Shown: positions 49,347 to 60,380 of the stretch, one piece after another | How the letters are laid out: each line of letters begins with the position of its first letter | How positions within the stretch are numbered: the stretch's first letter is position 1 | Assembly: GCA_038207725.1 (NCBI GenBank) | Contig: JBBQZN010000008.1 | Location: forward strand, 743-64,742 | Direction: 5' to 3' | Origin: Bacteroidales bacterium | GTDB taxonomy: Bacteria; Bacteroidota; Bacteroidia; Bacteroidales; VadinHA17 | DNA: 64,000 nt | The notes under the pieces: generated by a model | Databases searched by the model: none | Told to the model about the DNA's origin: nothing | Seen by the model: only the letters and a program-made list of their open reading frames with translations | Position numbers and translations under genes: made by a program

Positions 49347-50717
49347 CTAAAATTCAATAATTTTTTCAACTCTGTTGGCTTTCAGGTATAGCTTCAGAAT
49401 TACCTGTATATCGCGGTTATCAGCAGATGGGTTTATGCATTCATGCAGAGCTGATAGACCGAATCCCATGTCATTTATATTAAAATAACCATATCCGGAA
49501 TATTTGCCGTTCATGATCTTCACTACACACCTTTCTTCAGCATCTCTTCCCTTATCGACAACAAAAAAGTTGCGTCTTGCAAACAGAAACTCATCTACAA
49601 CCTTTGAAGCCCTCAGATTGTACTCTTCAGCAGATTCTTTGCCACAACAGGCACCTCTGCAGATTCCTACCTGCTGATGAAAACATGGTCCATCAGTATC
49701 ATAAAGCCCGGTAAGTTTCTGACATAATTTAAACATTTCAGTCAGTTGTAAGAGTTTTGCCTTTGCTTTCTCTTTTGCAGTAAATACCGAAAGGGGAGTT
49801 TCGTCATCCTCAACTTGTCCGTATCTGTAATTTATATAGTCTGAAGAATCTGTAAATGTGAATATTCCCCACTGGAAATTGGTTCTCCTTTGCGCCCTGT
49901 TATATAATGGCTTGTTACGCTTTATTTCGGCCGATTCTTTAAGCAGGGCAATGAGTTCACTTCCGGTAAATTCCCAGTCAATGTCAGCTATCTGGTCGCG
50001 CATCTCCATCGCTTTGTTCGTCGAATTATTTGACAAATGAGTCGAAATACGCTGCTGGAGATTCCGGCTTTTTCCAATATAGATAAGATCCCCTTTCTCG
50101 TTATAGAAATAATATATGCCTGGTTCATCAGGAATAGATTCAACCTTCGCGATGTCGAGTTTAGGATGTAGTTTGGAAGCCTTCGTGTTCTTCATAAGAC
50201 TTTTTCCTGAACCTTTAAACTCTTTGTCCTTCTCCATCAGGATCTCGAAAAGTTTTACTGTGGCAAGCGCATCTCCGGCAGCTCTGTGCCTGCCATTGAT
50301 TGAGATATTAAGGTCTTTGCAGATATTTCCAAGACTATATGACTTGTGCCCGGGAATCAGCTTCCTTCCCAGCGAAACCGTATCCAGTAAGTTTCTTTTG
50401 TAATTGAACCCGAGTGATTTGAACTCCTCCCTTATAAATGAATAATCGAATCTGGCATTGTGTGCAACAAAAGTTCTTCCTTCAGTAAGTTCAACAATCT
50501 TTTTTGCAACCTCATAAAACCTTGGTGCATTTTCAACCATCTCATTTGTGATACCGGTAAGGTTTGTTATGAAATAGGGGATATTCCTTTCCGGATTGAT
50601 AAGTGTAACATATTCACCAGTTGTCCTGCTGCCATCATGCTGATAAATAGCTATCTCAGTGATCTTTTCCATTCTGGCACTGCCGCCTGTTGTCTCAATA
50701 TCTATTATCGCATACAT
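49347..50717 (-). CDS. DEDDh (DnaQ-like) exonuclease fused to GIY-YIG (UvrC/Cho-like) domain
   Basis: IDIETTG, VAHNARFD, HRAAGDA; PGIYYF...IYIGKS..L..R, YNR. Confidence 0.92.
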   Translation of the reverse strand: MYAIIDIETTGGSARMEKITEIAIYQHDGSRTTGEYVTLINPERNIPYFITNLTGITNEMVENAPRFYEVAKKIVELTEGRTFVAHNARFDYSFIREEFKSLGFNYKRNLLDTVSLGRKLIPGHKSYSLGNICKDLNISINGRHRAAGDALATVKLFEILMEKDKEFKGSGKSLMKNTKASKLHPKLDIAKVESIPDEPGIYYFYNEKGDLIYIGKSRNLQQRISTHLSNNSTNKAMEMRDQIADIDWEFTGSELIALLKESAEIKRNKPLYNRAQRRTNFQWGIFTFTDSSDYINYRYGQVEDDETPLSVFTAKEKAKAKLLQLTEMFKLCQKLTGLYDTDGPCFHQQVGICRGACCGKESAEEYNLRASKVVDEFLFARRNFFVVDKGRDAEERCVVKIMNGKYSGYGYFNINDMGFGLSALHECINPSADNRDIQVILKLYLKANRVEKIIEF

Positions 50718-50814
50718 CTGCTCTTTTCTTTCCCCGGTTGACATCACGAATATAATGAGAATTGCGCGGCGGCTTAGCTTTTGTTTGTATTTTTGTTCCT
50801 GAATCTGATGCTTT

Positions 50815-51642
50815 ATGAGTGAGGTTTACGGAAATATGTTCATACTTAACGGTGAGCTGCAGCCTGCGGGGTTGTTTGACAGCCGGCTTGTCTATGAGGG
50901 AGAATCAGTTTATGAAGTTATAAGAATGGTAAAGGGAACTCCATTGTTCTTCAGCGATCACTTTGCAAGACTCCGGAATAGTGTAAAGCTTCAGAAAAGA
51001 GAGTTGCTGGCCGATCTGGCGACCCTGAGAAAAGATATTATAGCATTGACACGCTCAGATAGAAAGAAAGAGAGTAACATAAAAATTGTTTTCAATAATA
51101 GGGATGACGAAGCAAATTACCTTGTCTATTATCTCGAACCTTCGTATCCTTCCGCAGAACAATACAGATACGGAGTGAAAGGTACACTTTATCATGCCGA
51201 ACGAAAGGAGCCCGGATCTAAGGTTATAAATCATAAATTAAGGAGTGCTGTTACTAATATACTTATTAATGAAAAGGCTTACGAGGCAATTCTTGTAAAT
51301 GAGGATGGAGGCATTACTGAAGGTAGCAGATCGAATATTTTTTTCCTCAGAAATGATACACTTACAACAGCTCCTGATAATATGATTCTTTCAGGAATTA
51401 CTCGTAAACACATTATTGAAATATGCCTCGAAAATCTTATCCCTGTTTCTTACGAATGCGTAAACTACAAGGATATTAGTCTTTACGATTCGGTATTCAT
51501 GACCGGGACATCACCTATGGTACTCCCTTTTAATTGTGTTGACAACAATATTTTCAATGTCTCTTTACCTCTGATGGAGAATCTCAGAAAGCTGTATCTG
51601 AAAAGGGCGGCGGAGAGTCTGAAGCATTTCAGAAACGAATAA
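50815..51642 (+). CDS. Aminotransferase class IV (BCAT/ADC lyase-like)
   Basis: VYEVIR, HFARL, ITEGSRSNIF, ILSGITR, FMTGTS. Confidence 0.9.
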   Translation: MSEVYGNMFILNGELQPAGLFDSRLVYEGESVYEVIRMVKGTPLFFSDHFARLRNSVKLQKRELLADLATLRKDIIALTRSDRKKESNIKIVFNNRDDEANYLVYYLEPSYPSAEQYRYGVKGTLYHAERKEPGSKVINHKLRSAVTNILINEKAYEAILVNEDGGITEGSRSNIFFLRNDTLTTAPDNMILSGITRKHIIEICLENLIPVSYECVNYKDISLYDSVFMTGTSPMVLPFNCVDNNIFNVSLPLMENLRKLYLKRAAESLKHFRNE

Positions 51643-51712
51643 TGAGGGGAGCATCAGTTAACTGACAGATTAATTATTATCTTTGCGATCAAATAAATCA
51701 AACCTGTATAAT

Positions 51713-52006
51713 ATGGCAAGTATCAGAGAACTGAAGAAAGACATTGATTTTCTTGTTTTTGAAGTAATTTCGGATTGTTTTGCTTATTCAAGCATTCATC
51801 CTGATAACAAATCAGATGAATTATCCGCTATTATAACAGACGCAGTTAACTTCAGAAATGATCTTATTGCAAGGGTAAACAATCCTGACGGAAAAGATAA
51901 TCCCAAGATACTTAAGGCTTTTTATAAGACACTTGAAAAAGACCTTCTTACAGGTGTTGATAAGCTTTTTGACAGACTCAGTGCTTTGTCTTTAAAGAAA
52001 AAGTAA
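51713..52006 (+). CDS. Conserved hypothetical helical protein
   Basis: MASIRELKKDI; TATCTTTG element at 51678..51685 supports this start. Confidence 0.75.
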   Translation: MASIRELKKDIDFLVFEVISDCFAYSSIHPDNKSDELSAIITDAVNFRNDLIARVNNPDGKDNPKILKAFYKTLEKDLLTGVDKLFDRLSALSLKKK

Positions 52007-52997
52007 AGTATTTGTAAACCTGGTTTCTGCAGACAGTACATCTTCCCTCAGAATCGAGGTTTACAGTCCTAGTATTATATCCTGACCTTATTGTTACAAT
52101 GGTCCCGCACTGCGGGCATTTTGTGTTTTGTTCCATTTCAGGCGAAACATTACCCGCATATACAAAGCTGAGGTGTTTTGATGCTTTCTCTATAAGCCTG
52201 CTCATGTTCTCAGTGTCGGTTATGGGATCAGTGCGCTTATAATTCGGAAAGTACCTGCTGATATGCAGCGGCACATCAGCACCCAGCTCACCTGCAATCC
52301 ACTGAGACTGAAGTTCCATTTCAGAAACACAATCATTCCTTCCGCTTATTATCAGTGTGGTTATTTCAAGATGCTTGCCTGATTTTGAAATCTGCCTGAG
52401 CGCCGATTTTACAGGTTCTATTCCTGCTCCGGTAAGCTTTTTGTAAAAATCATTGTTAAATGCCTTCAGATCAATATTAAATGCATCAGTAACACGGATG
52501 AGTTCAGAAAGCGGCCCGCTGTTTACAAATCCGTTGCTGACAAGAACAGTGCGGTATCCCATCTCCTGAACAGATGTTGCCATGTCAATAACATATTCAA
52601 ACCAGATTACCGGCTCATTATATGTAAAAGCAAGACCGATATTGTTTTCTGTTTTTTCAATGTCAGAAAGCAGCTTCTGCTTACTTAAATTAGTTGACAG
52701 TGAATCTGCCATCTTTTGTGAAATAGAATAGTTCTGACAGAAATCACATTTCATATTGCAGCCATATGAACCAATTGAAAGAATGTTGTGTCCGGGATAA
52801 AAATGATAAAGCGGCTTCTTCTCAACAGGGTCGGCTGAATAAGATGATATAACTCCATAAGTAAGCAGTTTAATTCTCCCTTCGCAATTTTTTCTGGCAC
52901 CGCAGATTCCGGTAGCCCCTTCGCCAAGGAGACATAAATGCGGACAGAGTTTGCATTCTGTCTTGTTCCCTTTTATTTCAAAAAGTGGCATCATCAC
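51978..52997 (-). CDS. amrS: AmmeMemoRadiSam system radical SAM enzyme
   Basis: CKLCPHLC..G.CGAR, DPVEKKPLYHF.PG, CNMKCDFCQN, FTYNEP, NIDLK, YAGNV..T.CPQC. Confidence 0.9.
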   Translation of the reverse strand: MMMPLFEIKGNKTECKLCPHLCLLGEGATGICGARKNCEGRIKLLTYGVISSYSADPVEKKPLYHFYPGHNILSIGSYGCNMKCDFCQNYSISQKMADSLSTNLSKQKLLSDIEKTENNIGLAFTYNEPVIWFEYVIDMATSVQEMGYRTVLVSNGFVNSGPLSELIRVTDAFNIDLKAFNNDFYKKLTGAGIEPVKSALRQISKSGKHLEITTLIISGRNDCVSEMELQSQWIAGELGADVPLHISRYFPNYKRTDPITDTENMSRLIEKASKHLSFVYAGNVSPEMEQNTKCPQCGTIVTIRSGYNTRTVNLDSEGRCTVCRNQVYKYFTFSLKTKH

Positions 52998-53106
52998 TGA
53001 AAAATAATTAAGGTAAATTTACATTTATATTGCCACAGGTAAAAAGGATCTATCGTATATCTGTTAACTTTGGTTTTTACGACTTAACTTTATTGAAATA
53101 AAATAT

Positions 53107-55002
53107 ATGGTTTTGAGAAACTCTGTAAAGGCCTTTATCACTGTAATTTCACTCCTGATTTTTACAGCAGGTTGCTCAAAAGACCAGTCACAACCGGATG
53201 CTGATAAAATGGTTTTTAAGGGAAGTCTCACCTCACTGAAACCTGAACATCCCCGGCTTCTTCTTACTGATGAGCGTCTTGAAGAACTCAAAACTCTTAG
53301 CAAAACAGATGTTAATCTGAGCAAATACGTTAAAAATGTTATTGATCAGGCCGATAAGGATTATTTGAAATCTCCCATTCAGTATGTACTTATTGGTCCC
53401 CGATTGCTTGATAAGAGCAGAGAGTGCCTGAACAGGGTTTATAATCTCTCTTTTGCCTACAGGTGGACCGGAAACAAAAGTTATCTCGACATGGCAGTTG
53501 CGAACATGAAGAATGTTTGTGAGTTTCCCGACTGGAACCCTTCGCATTTTCTTGATGTTGCCGAAATGTCTCACGCCGTCGCCATTGGATACGATTGGCT
53601 CTATAACGATATTGATCAGGAGACAAGAGAAATGATTCGAAAAGCATTGTTTAAAAAGGGGCTTTACGAGGGCTTAAAAGCATATACGGTGTCATCATAT
53701 CCAAATAAATGGTGGACTCAGGTAGATCATAACTGGAATCAGGTTTGCAATTGCGGATTGCTGATCGGGGCAATAGGAGCCGCTGAAGAAGATACCGCTG
53801 CATCGGCTGTGATTATCGCGAATGCAATAAAAAACCTTCCTTATGCAATTCGAAGTTATGGCCCCGACGGCGCCTGGGGTGAGGGTCCGGGTTACTGGGA
53901 TTATGCTACTAGTTATACTGCATACGGTCTCGCCGCACTTAATTCGGCTATGGGCTCTAACAGCGGACTTTCAGCTATCAAAGGTTTATCTGAAACCGGG
54001 TATTTTCCGGTTTATTCGGCAGGACCAACAGGATATTTCCTGAATTTCGCCGATGCAGGTGAGAAATCAAAATTAGGTGCTCCTGTTGCCGAAATGTGGC
54101 TGGCTTCCGAATTCGGGAAAAGTGAACTCTCAGACTTTATTATTGATCAGCTGAAAACCCGCACAGCCGGCATCCATCATATTATATGGTATCAGCCATA
54201 CGCATCGGCTGCTGCATCAAAACCTCCCGATAAGTATTTTGGAGGAGGCGTGGAAGTTTTCCTGACAAGGAGTTCATGGAGTGACCAGAATGCCCTTTTT
54301 GCAGGAATAAAAGCAGGATACAACAAAGTAAATCATGCGCATCTTGATCTTGGTAATTTTGAATTTGATGCCTTAGGTCTGCGCTGGGCACGCGATCTGG
54401 GTTCCGATGATTACAACCTTCCGGGCTATTTTTCCGGCACTAATCAGACAAGCCAGCGCTGGACATATTACAGGTTGAATTCTTTCAGTCATAATATCCC
54501 GGTTCTTGGCGGCAAAAACCAGGATGTAACTGCCACTTCAACATTTGTCAAATATTCTGCGGGAGTTGCAGAACCATCTGCCATTCTTGATTTTACTTCA
54601 GCCTATAAAGAATTCGCCACTTCTGCCAAACGGGGTCTTAAGCTTGTTGATATCAGGAAAGCAGTATTGATACAGGACGAATTCGTGATTTCAAAAGCAA
54701 CTGATATTACCTGGGGAATGACAACAGATGCTTCAATTGAGATTATTGATCCGAAAAAAGCAGTTCTTACTCTTAGCGGACAGAAAGTTACGGCACGAAT
54801 TCTTTCTCCTGCCGATGCTTTTTTCTCGTCAGGATCAGCAGTGCAGACATCTCCTCAAAAATTGAATACAGGTGTGAGCAGACTCTTTGCAAAAACGCCT
54901 GTTGTGTCGGGTAATGTTACTGTTACAATACTGCTCTCACCTAACTGGAACGGGACAGAATCAGTATATTTGCCGGCAAACAAGGCATTGTCATTCTGGT
55001 AA
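53107..55002 (+). CDS. Heparinase II/III-family (polysaccharide lyase-like) lipoprotein
   Basis: Lipobox TAGC, HPRLL, WNPSHFLD.AE, YDWLY, NWNQVC, EGPGYW.Y, HAHLDLG.F, HN. Confidence 0.85.
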   Translation: MVLRNSVKAFITVISLLIFTAGCSKDQSQPDADKMVFKGSLTSLKPEHPRLLLTDERLEELKTLSKTDVNLSKYVKNVIDQADKDYLKSPIQYVLIGPRLLDKSRECLNRVYNLSFAYRWTGNKSYLDMAVANMKNVCEFPDWNPSHFLDVAEMSHAVAIGYDWLYNDIDQETREMIRKALFKKGLYEGLKAYTVSSYPNKWWTQVDHNWNQVCNCGLLIGAIGAAEEDTAASAVIIANAIKNLPYAIRSYGPDGAWGEGPGYWDYATSYTAYGLAALNSAMGSNSGLSAIKGLSETGYFPVYSAGPTGYFLNFADAGEKSKLGAPVAEMWLASEFGKSELSDFIIDQLKTRTAGIHHIIWYQPYASAAASKPPDKYFGGGVEVFLTRSSWSDQNALFAGIKAGYNKVNHAHLDLGNFEFDALGLRWARDLGSDDYNLPGYFSGTNQTSQRWTYYRLNSFSHNIPVLGGKNQDVTATSTFVKYSAGVAEPSAILDFTSAYKEFATSAKRGLKLVDIRKAVLIQDEFVISKATDITWGMTTDASIEIIDPKKAVLTLSGQKVTARILSPADAFFSSGSAVQTSPQKLNTGVSRLFAKTPVVSGNVTVTILLSPNWNGTESVYLPANKALSFW

Positions 55003-55035
55003 TATCAATATTTAAAAACTTCAAATAACCCAATA

Positions 55036-57378
55036 ATGAAAACTATTCTTAAATCAGCTTTAATATTACTTCTTGTGTCCTTTGGATGCAGTGAGCAGAA
55101 GAATGATCTGGAATTATGGTACAGTAAACCGGCAGCAAACTGGAACGAGGCTTTACCAGTCGGAAACGGACGTCTTGGTGCAATGGTATTTGGCGATCCG
55201 GTGAACGAAACCATCCAGATAAATGAGGAGAGCATCTGGGCAGGTTCAAAGATTAATAATAACAATCCTCAGGCATTATCTCATCTGAAAGAACTGCAGC
55301 AGGCAATTTTTGATGGTAAGTACAAAAAAGCAGAAGAGATTGCGAATCTGAATTTTGTAGGAACACCTCCACGCGTGCGTTCCTATCAGCCACTCGGCAA
55401 TTTGTTAGTAAACTATACATGGAATTCACCTGTATCTGATTACCGCCGGTCGCTCGATCTTAGAACAGGAGTTGCTGTAACTACCTGGAAAGCCGATGGA
55501 ATGGGTGTCAGTCAGAAGGTATTTGCTTCTGCTGTAGATAACTCCCTGGTTATTGAGATTAAACCAGAAGGCAAGGGAAAGATCTCAGCCCTTTTTTCAA
55601 TGAAAAGAGAGAAAGATGCAACTATAAGGGCTACAGAAGATGGTAAGATTTTTCTTACCGGCCAGATAAGAGACGAGGAGGATCCCCGGTCAGGTCCGGC
55701 AGGTGATCACATGCGTTTTGCTTCGGAAGCTCTTTTTAAAGTAGGTGATGGCAAAATTACTGTTGAAAACAATTCACTCCGGATAACTGATGCAACAAAT
55801 ATTCTCATTATCCTCACAGCAGCAACCGATTATAATATAAATATTCTTGATGTTGATAAAACAATTGATCCTCAGACTACTTGCTCAACTATTCTGGAGA
55901 TAGCCGGAGCGCAGTCATTTGAGAAACTTCTTATAAGTCACCTGACTGAATATCAGTCTATGTTTGACAGGGTTTCTCTCGATTTCGGACCTGACTCACT
56001 AAGCTCATTGCCAACAGACGAGCGTCTTGAACGAGTCAAATCGGGCTTAACTGACAATGGTCTGATAGCACTTTACTTCTCTTATGGAAGATACCTTCTG
56101 ATGGGATCTTCACGTTTTCCGGCTGTCCTTCCGGCAAACCTCCAGGGTATATGGAACAAAGATTTGAAAGCACCCTGGAATTCTGATTTTCATACCAATA
56201 TCAATCTTCAGATGAATTACTGGCCGGCAGAGGTATGCAATCTTTCTGAAACCGTTATACCATTGGCCGATTTTATGAGTAAAATTACTGTTCCAGGCAG
56301 TGTTACAGCCTCGGAAATGTATGGAAGCAAAGGATGGACAATGCACCACCTTACTGATCCTTTTGGCCGGACAGGAGTTGCTGATGGTGTATGGGGACTG
56401 ACCCCGACAAACGGTCCATGGATGACATTCCCACTATATGAACACTATCTTTTTACAGGTGATCTGGAGTATCTCAGGAGTATCGCATACCCGGTGCTGA
56501 AAGGATCGGCAGAGTTTCTTCTCGGTTTTCTGGTACTCTCTCCTGAAGGTTATCTTGTGACAAATCCATCAACCTCACCTGAAAATAAATACAGAATCCC
56601 TGATTCAATAGAAACAGCACAGCTTACATACTCTGCAACAATTGATATTCAGACTGTTAATGCCGTGTTTGGCTATTATACCGAAGCAGCCGGAATACTT
56701 GATGTAGATCCTGATTTTGTTAAGGTTGTTAAAGAGGCACAGGCTAAGCTCCCTCCTGTAATAATATCTTCAAAAGGGACAATACAGGAGTGGATAAAGG
56801 ATTATGAAGAGGTTGAAATTGGACACAGACATATGTCACATCTGCTTGGTTTATATCCTCTTGCACAAATTACACCGGCAACTCCTCATCTTTATGAAGC
56901 AGCAAAAAAAACTATTGAGAGGAGACTTTCAGCAGGAGGAGGACACACAGGCTGGAGCAGAGCATGGATTATAAATTTCTACGCCAGACTGAAGAATGGT
57001 GATCAGGCTTTTGATCACATTATGAGCCTACTGAAAAAATCGACAAATAAAAACCTCTTAGATTCACATCCTCCTTTTCAGATTGATGGCAATTTTGGTG
57101 CTACCGCAGGAATTGCAGAAATGCTGCTTCAGAGTCATCAGGGATTCGTAGAATTGCTACCTGCTCTTCCTTCAGAATGGCATAATGGTGATGTGAAAGG
57201 ACTTGTTGCCAGGGGAGGATTTGTTATAGACATGAAGTGGAAAAATGGAAAACTTACAAGTGCAAATTCCTTTTCAAGAAAAGGCGGAAATCTGAAAGTT
57301 AAGTATGGTGAAAAAATACTTGATATCAGCACTACTGTGAACAATAACTATTCGCTTGAAGAAATTATGAAACCTTAA
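55036..57378 (+). CDS. GH95 alpha-L-fucosidase-like glycoside hydrolase
   Basis: [65 protein letters not shown]. Confidence 0.94.
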   Translation: MKTILKSALILLLVSFGCSEQKNDLELWYSKPAANWNEALPVGNGRLGAMVFGDPVNETIQINEESIWAGSKINNNNPQALSHLKELQQAIFDGKYKKAEEIANLNFVGTPPRVRSYQPLGNLLVNYTWNSPVSDYRRSLDLRTGVAVTTWKADGMGVSQKVFASAVDNSLVIEIKPEGKGKISALFSMKREKDATIRATEDGKIFLTGQIRDEEDPRSGPAGDHMRFASEALFKVGDGKITVENNSLRITDATNILIILTAATDYNINILDVDKTIDPQTTCSTILEIAGAQSFEKLLISHLTEYQSMFDRVSLDFGPDSLSSLPTDERLERVKSGLTDNGLIALYFSYGRYLLMGSSRFPAVLPANLQGIWNKDLKAPWNSDFHTNINLQMNYWPAEVCNLSETVIPLADFMSKITVPGSVTASEMYGSKGWTMHHLTDPFGRTGVADGVWGLTPTNGPWMTFPLYEHYLFTGDLEYLRSIAYPVLKGSAEFLLGFLVLSPEGYLVTNPSTSPENKYRIPDSIETAQLTYSATIDIQTVNAVFGYYTEAAGILDVDPDFVKVVKEAQAKLPPVIISSKGTIQEWIKDYEEVEIGHRHMSHLLGLYPLAQITPATPHLYEAAKKTIERRLSAGGGHTGWSRAWIINFYARLKNGDQAFDHIMSLLKKSTNKNLLDSHPPFQIDGNFGATAGIAEMLLQSHQGFVELLPALPSEWHNGDVKGLVARGGFVIDMKWKNGKLTSANSFSRKGGNLKVKYGEKILDISTTVNNNYSLEEIMKP

Positions 57379-57398
57379 TTTTGCCAAAAACCTATATT

Positions 57399-58655
57399 AT
57401 GAAAAGTATTCTAAGAAACTATTTTGCATTGCTGGTGTTCTTTCTAACGGCAATACCATCTGTGAAAGCTCAGCAGGATAATAGCTGGAAGGCTTCAAAA
57501 GAAACTGTTGAAAGATTGTCAAAGTCAGGTTCAGAGTTCAACTATTATGAAGAAAAGGTACCTGCATATACCTTACCCGATCCACTGACAATGCTGGATG
57601 GCAAAAAGGTGCAAAACAGCGCAATGTGGAATAAAGTGAGACGAGATGAGATTCTTGGACTTTTCCGTGAGAATGTTTTTGGTGTTGTTCCCGATACGAA
57701 ATATGAAAAGAGTTTTAAGGTTATCAATGAAGATAAAAATGCCTTAAACGGAACTGCTACTCTTAAGCAGATTGATATTTCCATAACATCCGGTGGTAAA
57801 TCTCTTCTGATTCACCTTACGCTTTTTACTCCAAACGGAAAGAAGAAACCATCCCCGGTTTTTCTTTTGATAGACAACAGAGGTCCGGCCAATACCGACC
57901 CGCTTAGAAAGGTTAAAAGTGAGTTCTGGCCTGTTGAGGAGGGTATAGCAAGGGGTTATGGAATGGCTGTATTCAGAAATGCCGATGTAGATCCTGATAC
58001 TTTTGACGAGTTTAAGAATGGAATTCATGCAGTTCTTGATAAAAGTCCACGACCGGATAATGCATGGGGAACACTTGCTGCATGGGCGTGGGGTGCAAGT
58101 CGTTGCATGGATTATCTTATTAGCGATAAAGATGTTGACAGTAAAAGGGTTGCTGTTGTAGGACACTCGCGTGGCGGAAAAACTGCTCTGTGGGCTGGGG
58201 CTCAGGATACCCGCTTTGCAATGGTGGTCTCAAATGAATCAGGATGTGGAGGAGCTGCCCTGGCCAGACGCCGTTTTGGTGAAACTGTTGCCAGAATAAA
58301 CACATCATTCCCGCACTGGTTTAATACCAATTATAAGAAATACAGTAATAATGAGGATGCGCTGCCTGTCGATATGCATATGCTTCTGGCATTAATTGCA
58401 CCACGGGCCCTTTATGTTGATTGTGCCAGTGAAGATCTTTGGGGCGATCCTGCAGGTTCTTACATTTCTTTATATAAATCTGTCCCCGTATTTAATATTC
58501 TCGGGGCCAATTCTGATATTCCTGAATCAATGCCACCTCTTAATAAGCAGGTAATGAGTGGTAAAGTTGCATTTCATGTAAGAGATGGTGAACATAATAT
58601 GCTTCTTAAGGACTGGAATTTCTTTATGGATTTTGCAGATGTTGTAATGAAATAA
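57399..58655 (+). CDS. CE15 glucuronoyl esterase-like protein
   Basis: YTLPDPL, AWAWGASR, GHSRGGK nucleophile motif, ESGCGG, LPVDMH.LLALIAPR. Confidence 0.9.
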   Translation: MKSILRNYFALLVFFLTAIPSVKAQQDNSWKASKETVERLSKSGSEFNYYEEKVPAYTLPDPLTMLDGKKVQNSAMWNKVRRDEILGLFRENVFGVVPDTKYEKSFKVINEDKNALNGTATLKQIDISITSGGKSLLIHLTLFTPNGKKKPSPVFLLIDNRGPANTDPLRKVKSEFWPVEEGIARGYGMAVFRNADVDPDTFDEFKNGIHAVLDKSPRPDNAWGTLAAWAWGASRCMDYLISDKDVDSKRVAVVGHSRGGKTALWAGAQDTRFAMVVSNESGCGGAALARRRFGETVARINTSFPHWFNTNYKKYSNNEDALPVDMHMLLALIAPRALYVDCASEDLWGDPAGSYISLYKSVPVFNILGANSDIPESMPPLNKQVMSGKVAFHVRDGEHNMLLKDWNFFMDFADVVMK

Positions 58656-58679
58656 GACTGGTGATAATTACTCTGGAAG

Positions 58680-59699
58680 ATGACAGACAGTATTAAAAAA
58701 ATCACTATCGGCAGTGAGGTAATGAAAACCGAATTTGTGAGAATTCTTCTTTCAAACGGTTTTTCAACAGAGCGAGCTGAAACGTGCGCTGAAATATTTA
58801 CGGTAAATACGCTTGAAGGGATTTCCTCACACGGAGTTAACAGGTTTCCTCGGTTTGTAGGTAATATAAGAGATGGCTATGTTATTCCGGAAGCAATTCC
58901 TTCAATAGTCAATAGGGCAGGGGCCCTTGAGCAGTGGAATGGAAACCTTGGACCCGGCCCGCTGAATGCTACTTTTGCAGCAGAAAGGGTGATGGAAATA
59001 GCAGAAACTAATGGGATTGGCATTGTGGCACTGGCAAACACAAATCACTGGATGCGCGGCGGGACCTATGGGTGGCAGGCAGCCCGAAAAGGTTATGTTT
59101 TTATAGGCTGGACTAACACCTGTGCCAACATGCCGGCATGGGGCGGGACTGATGCAAGGCTTGGAAATAATCCGTTTGTGCTGGCTGTTCCATACAAGGA
59201 GGATGCCGTTGTAATGGATTTTGCAATGACTCAGTTCTCTTACGGTAAAATGGAAGCATATCAGAATGAAGGAAAACAACTGCCATATTATGGTGGTTAT
59301 AATAAAATTGGTGAGCTTACAACTGATCCGGGCGAAATTCTGGAAACATGGCGTGCACTTCCGGTTGGTTACTGGAAAGGTGCCGGACTTTCGATGTTGC
59401 TCGATATAATGGCTGCTGTCCTTTCAGGCGGCATGGCCACGCATGATGTCAAAAGTTGTCAGGGTGAGTCAGGTATTTCTCAGGTCTTTATAGCCATAAA
59501 TACCAGGTTGTTGAGTAATTTTCCATCCATCGGCAAAGCAGTTGATGAAATAATTCTTGATCTTAAGAAATCTTCAAAAGAAAGCAGTGAAACAAAAATC
59601 CGTTATCCCGGTGAAAATGTAGCTGCTATTCGGGAAAAGAATATCCTGGAAGGTATGCAGATAAATAAAGGTATCTGGGAAAAAATCCTGAGCCTGTAG
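58680..59699 (+). CDS. dlgD: 2,3-diketo-L-gulonate reductase (3-dehydro-L-gulonate 2-dehydrogenase)
   Basis: SHGVNRFPRF, NHWMRGGTYGWQAA, MPAWG, GNNP, GYWKG.GL, RYPG (YiaK/Ldh_2 family). Confidence 0.92.
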   Translation: MTDSIKKITIGSEVMKTEFVRILLSNGFSTERAETCAEIFTVNTLEGISSHGVNRFPRFVGNIRDGYVIPEAIPSIVNRAGALEQWNGNLGPGPLNATFAAERVMEIAETNGIGIVALANTNHWMRGGTYGWQAARKGYVFIGWTNTCANMPAWGGTDARLGNNPFVLAVPYKEDAVVMDFAMTQFSYGKMEAYQNEGKQLPYYGGYNKIGELTTDPGEILETWRALPVGYWKGAGLSMLLDIMAAVLSGGMATHDVKSCQGESGISQVFIAINTRLLSNFPSIGKAVDEIILDLKKSSKESSETKIRYPGENVAAIREKNILEGMQINKGIWEKILSL

Positions 59700-59701
59700 T
59701 T

Positions 59702-59739
59702 CTGACCGGAGACGCAGTCATGCTGAGCGGAGACGAAGC
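59702..59739 (+). repeat. Two degenerate REP-like units (CTGACCGGAGACGCAG; GTCATGCTGAGCGGAGACGAAGC)
   Basis: Fills the gap between convergent stops; resembles 12814..12831 and 29808..29837. Confidence 0.65.
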
Positions 59740-60213
59740 TCAGATCTTCTCCTCAACCACTTCAAGAGCTATGTTGTTCATACCTGTAAAACTGAACAGT
59801 TCATCCTTTATCAGTTCATTTGTATCCTGGTAAGTTGTGCCAAAGCGAAGGAATATTCTTTTTTTTGATTTCAGGAAAAAGACAACATTAAGGGGAAATA
59901 GTTCTATTTTTTCAATATTGCTGACTTCCATTCTTATGGCAGCAAGCAGCGGATTTCTTTTCAGAAGTATGTATTCTTTCCCGAATTCAATGTATCTGTT
60001 GGCCTTTCCTAATGCTGACCAGATCTGATAAAATCCAAATCCTAAAAGAAACAGCACAGTTATCCAGAGTGTCCAGTCGGCTTTCAGCGATTTTATATTA
60101 AAGCTGAACCAGTATCCTGCGACCGCAATACAAACCAGTCCGAATATTATTCTGATTATTTTCACAAAGATGTTATTGTCAGTTGATCCGAGAGAAAAGT
60201 ATTTTTTCACCAT
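59740..60213 (-). CDS. Hypothetical membrane protein (2 TM plus soluble domain)
   Basis: Open frame with two hydrophobic helices; probable start MVKKY. Confidence 0.7.
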   Translation of the reverse strand: MVKKYFSLGSTDNNIFVKIIRIIFGLVCIAVAGYWFSFNIKSLKADWTLWITVLFLLGFGFYQIWSALGKANRYIEFGKEYILLKRNPLLAAIRMEVSNIEKIELFPLNVVFFLKSKKRIFLRFGTTYQDTNELIKDELFSFTGMNNIALEVVEEKI

Positions 60214-60380
60214 GTTTCTATATTTGTGACAATATATTCTTTTTTTATGGATTCCAATATTAAAATTATCCGTTACAATAATTAACACTTCGTTCGTGGA
60301 TGTCTTGTTTTTATTTTAATTTTAGAGTGGTTTTTATGAAACAAATAATTAATAGAAAAATAACCTGATACGAATGATCC

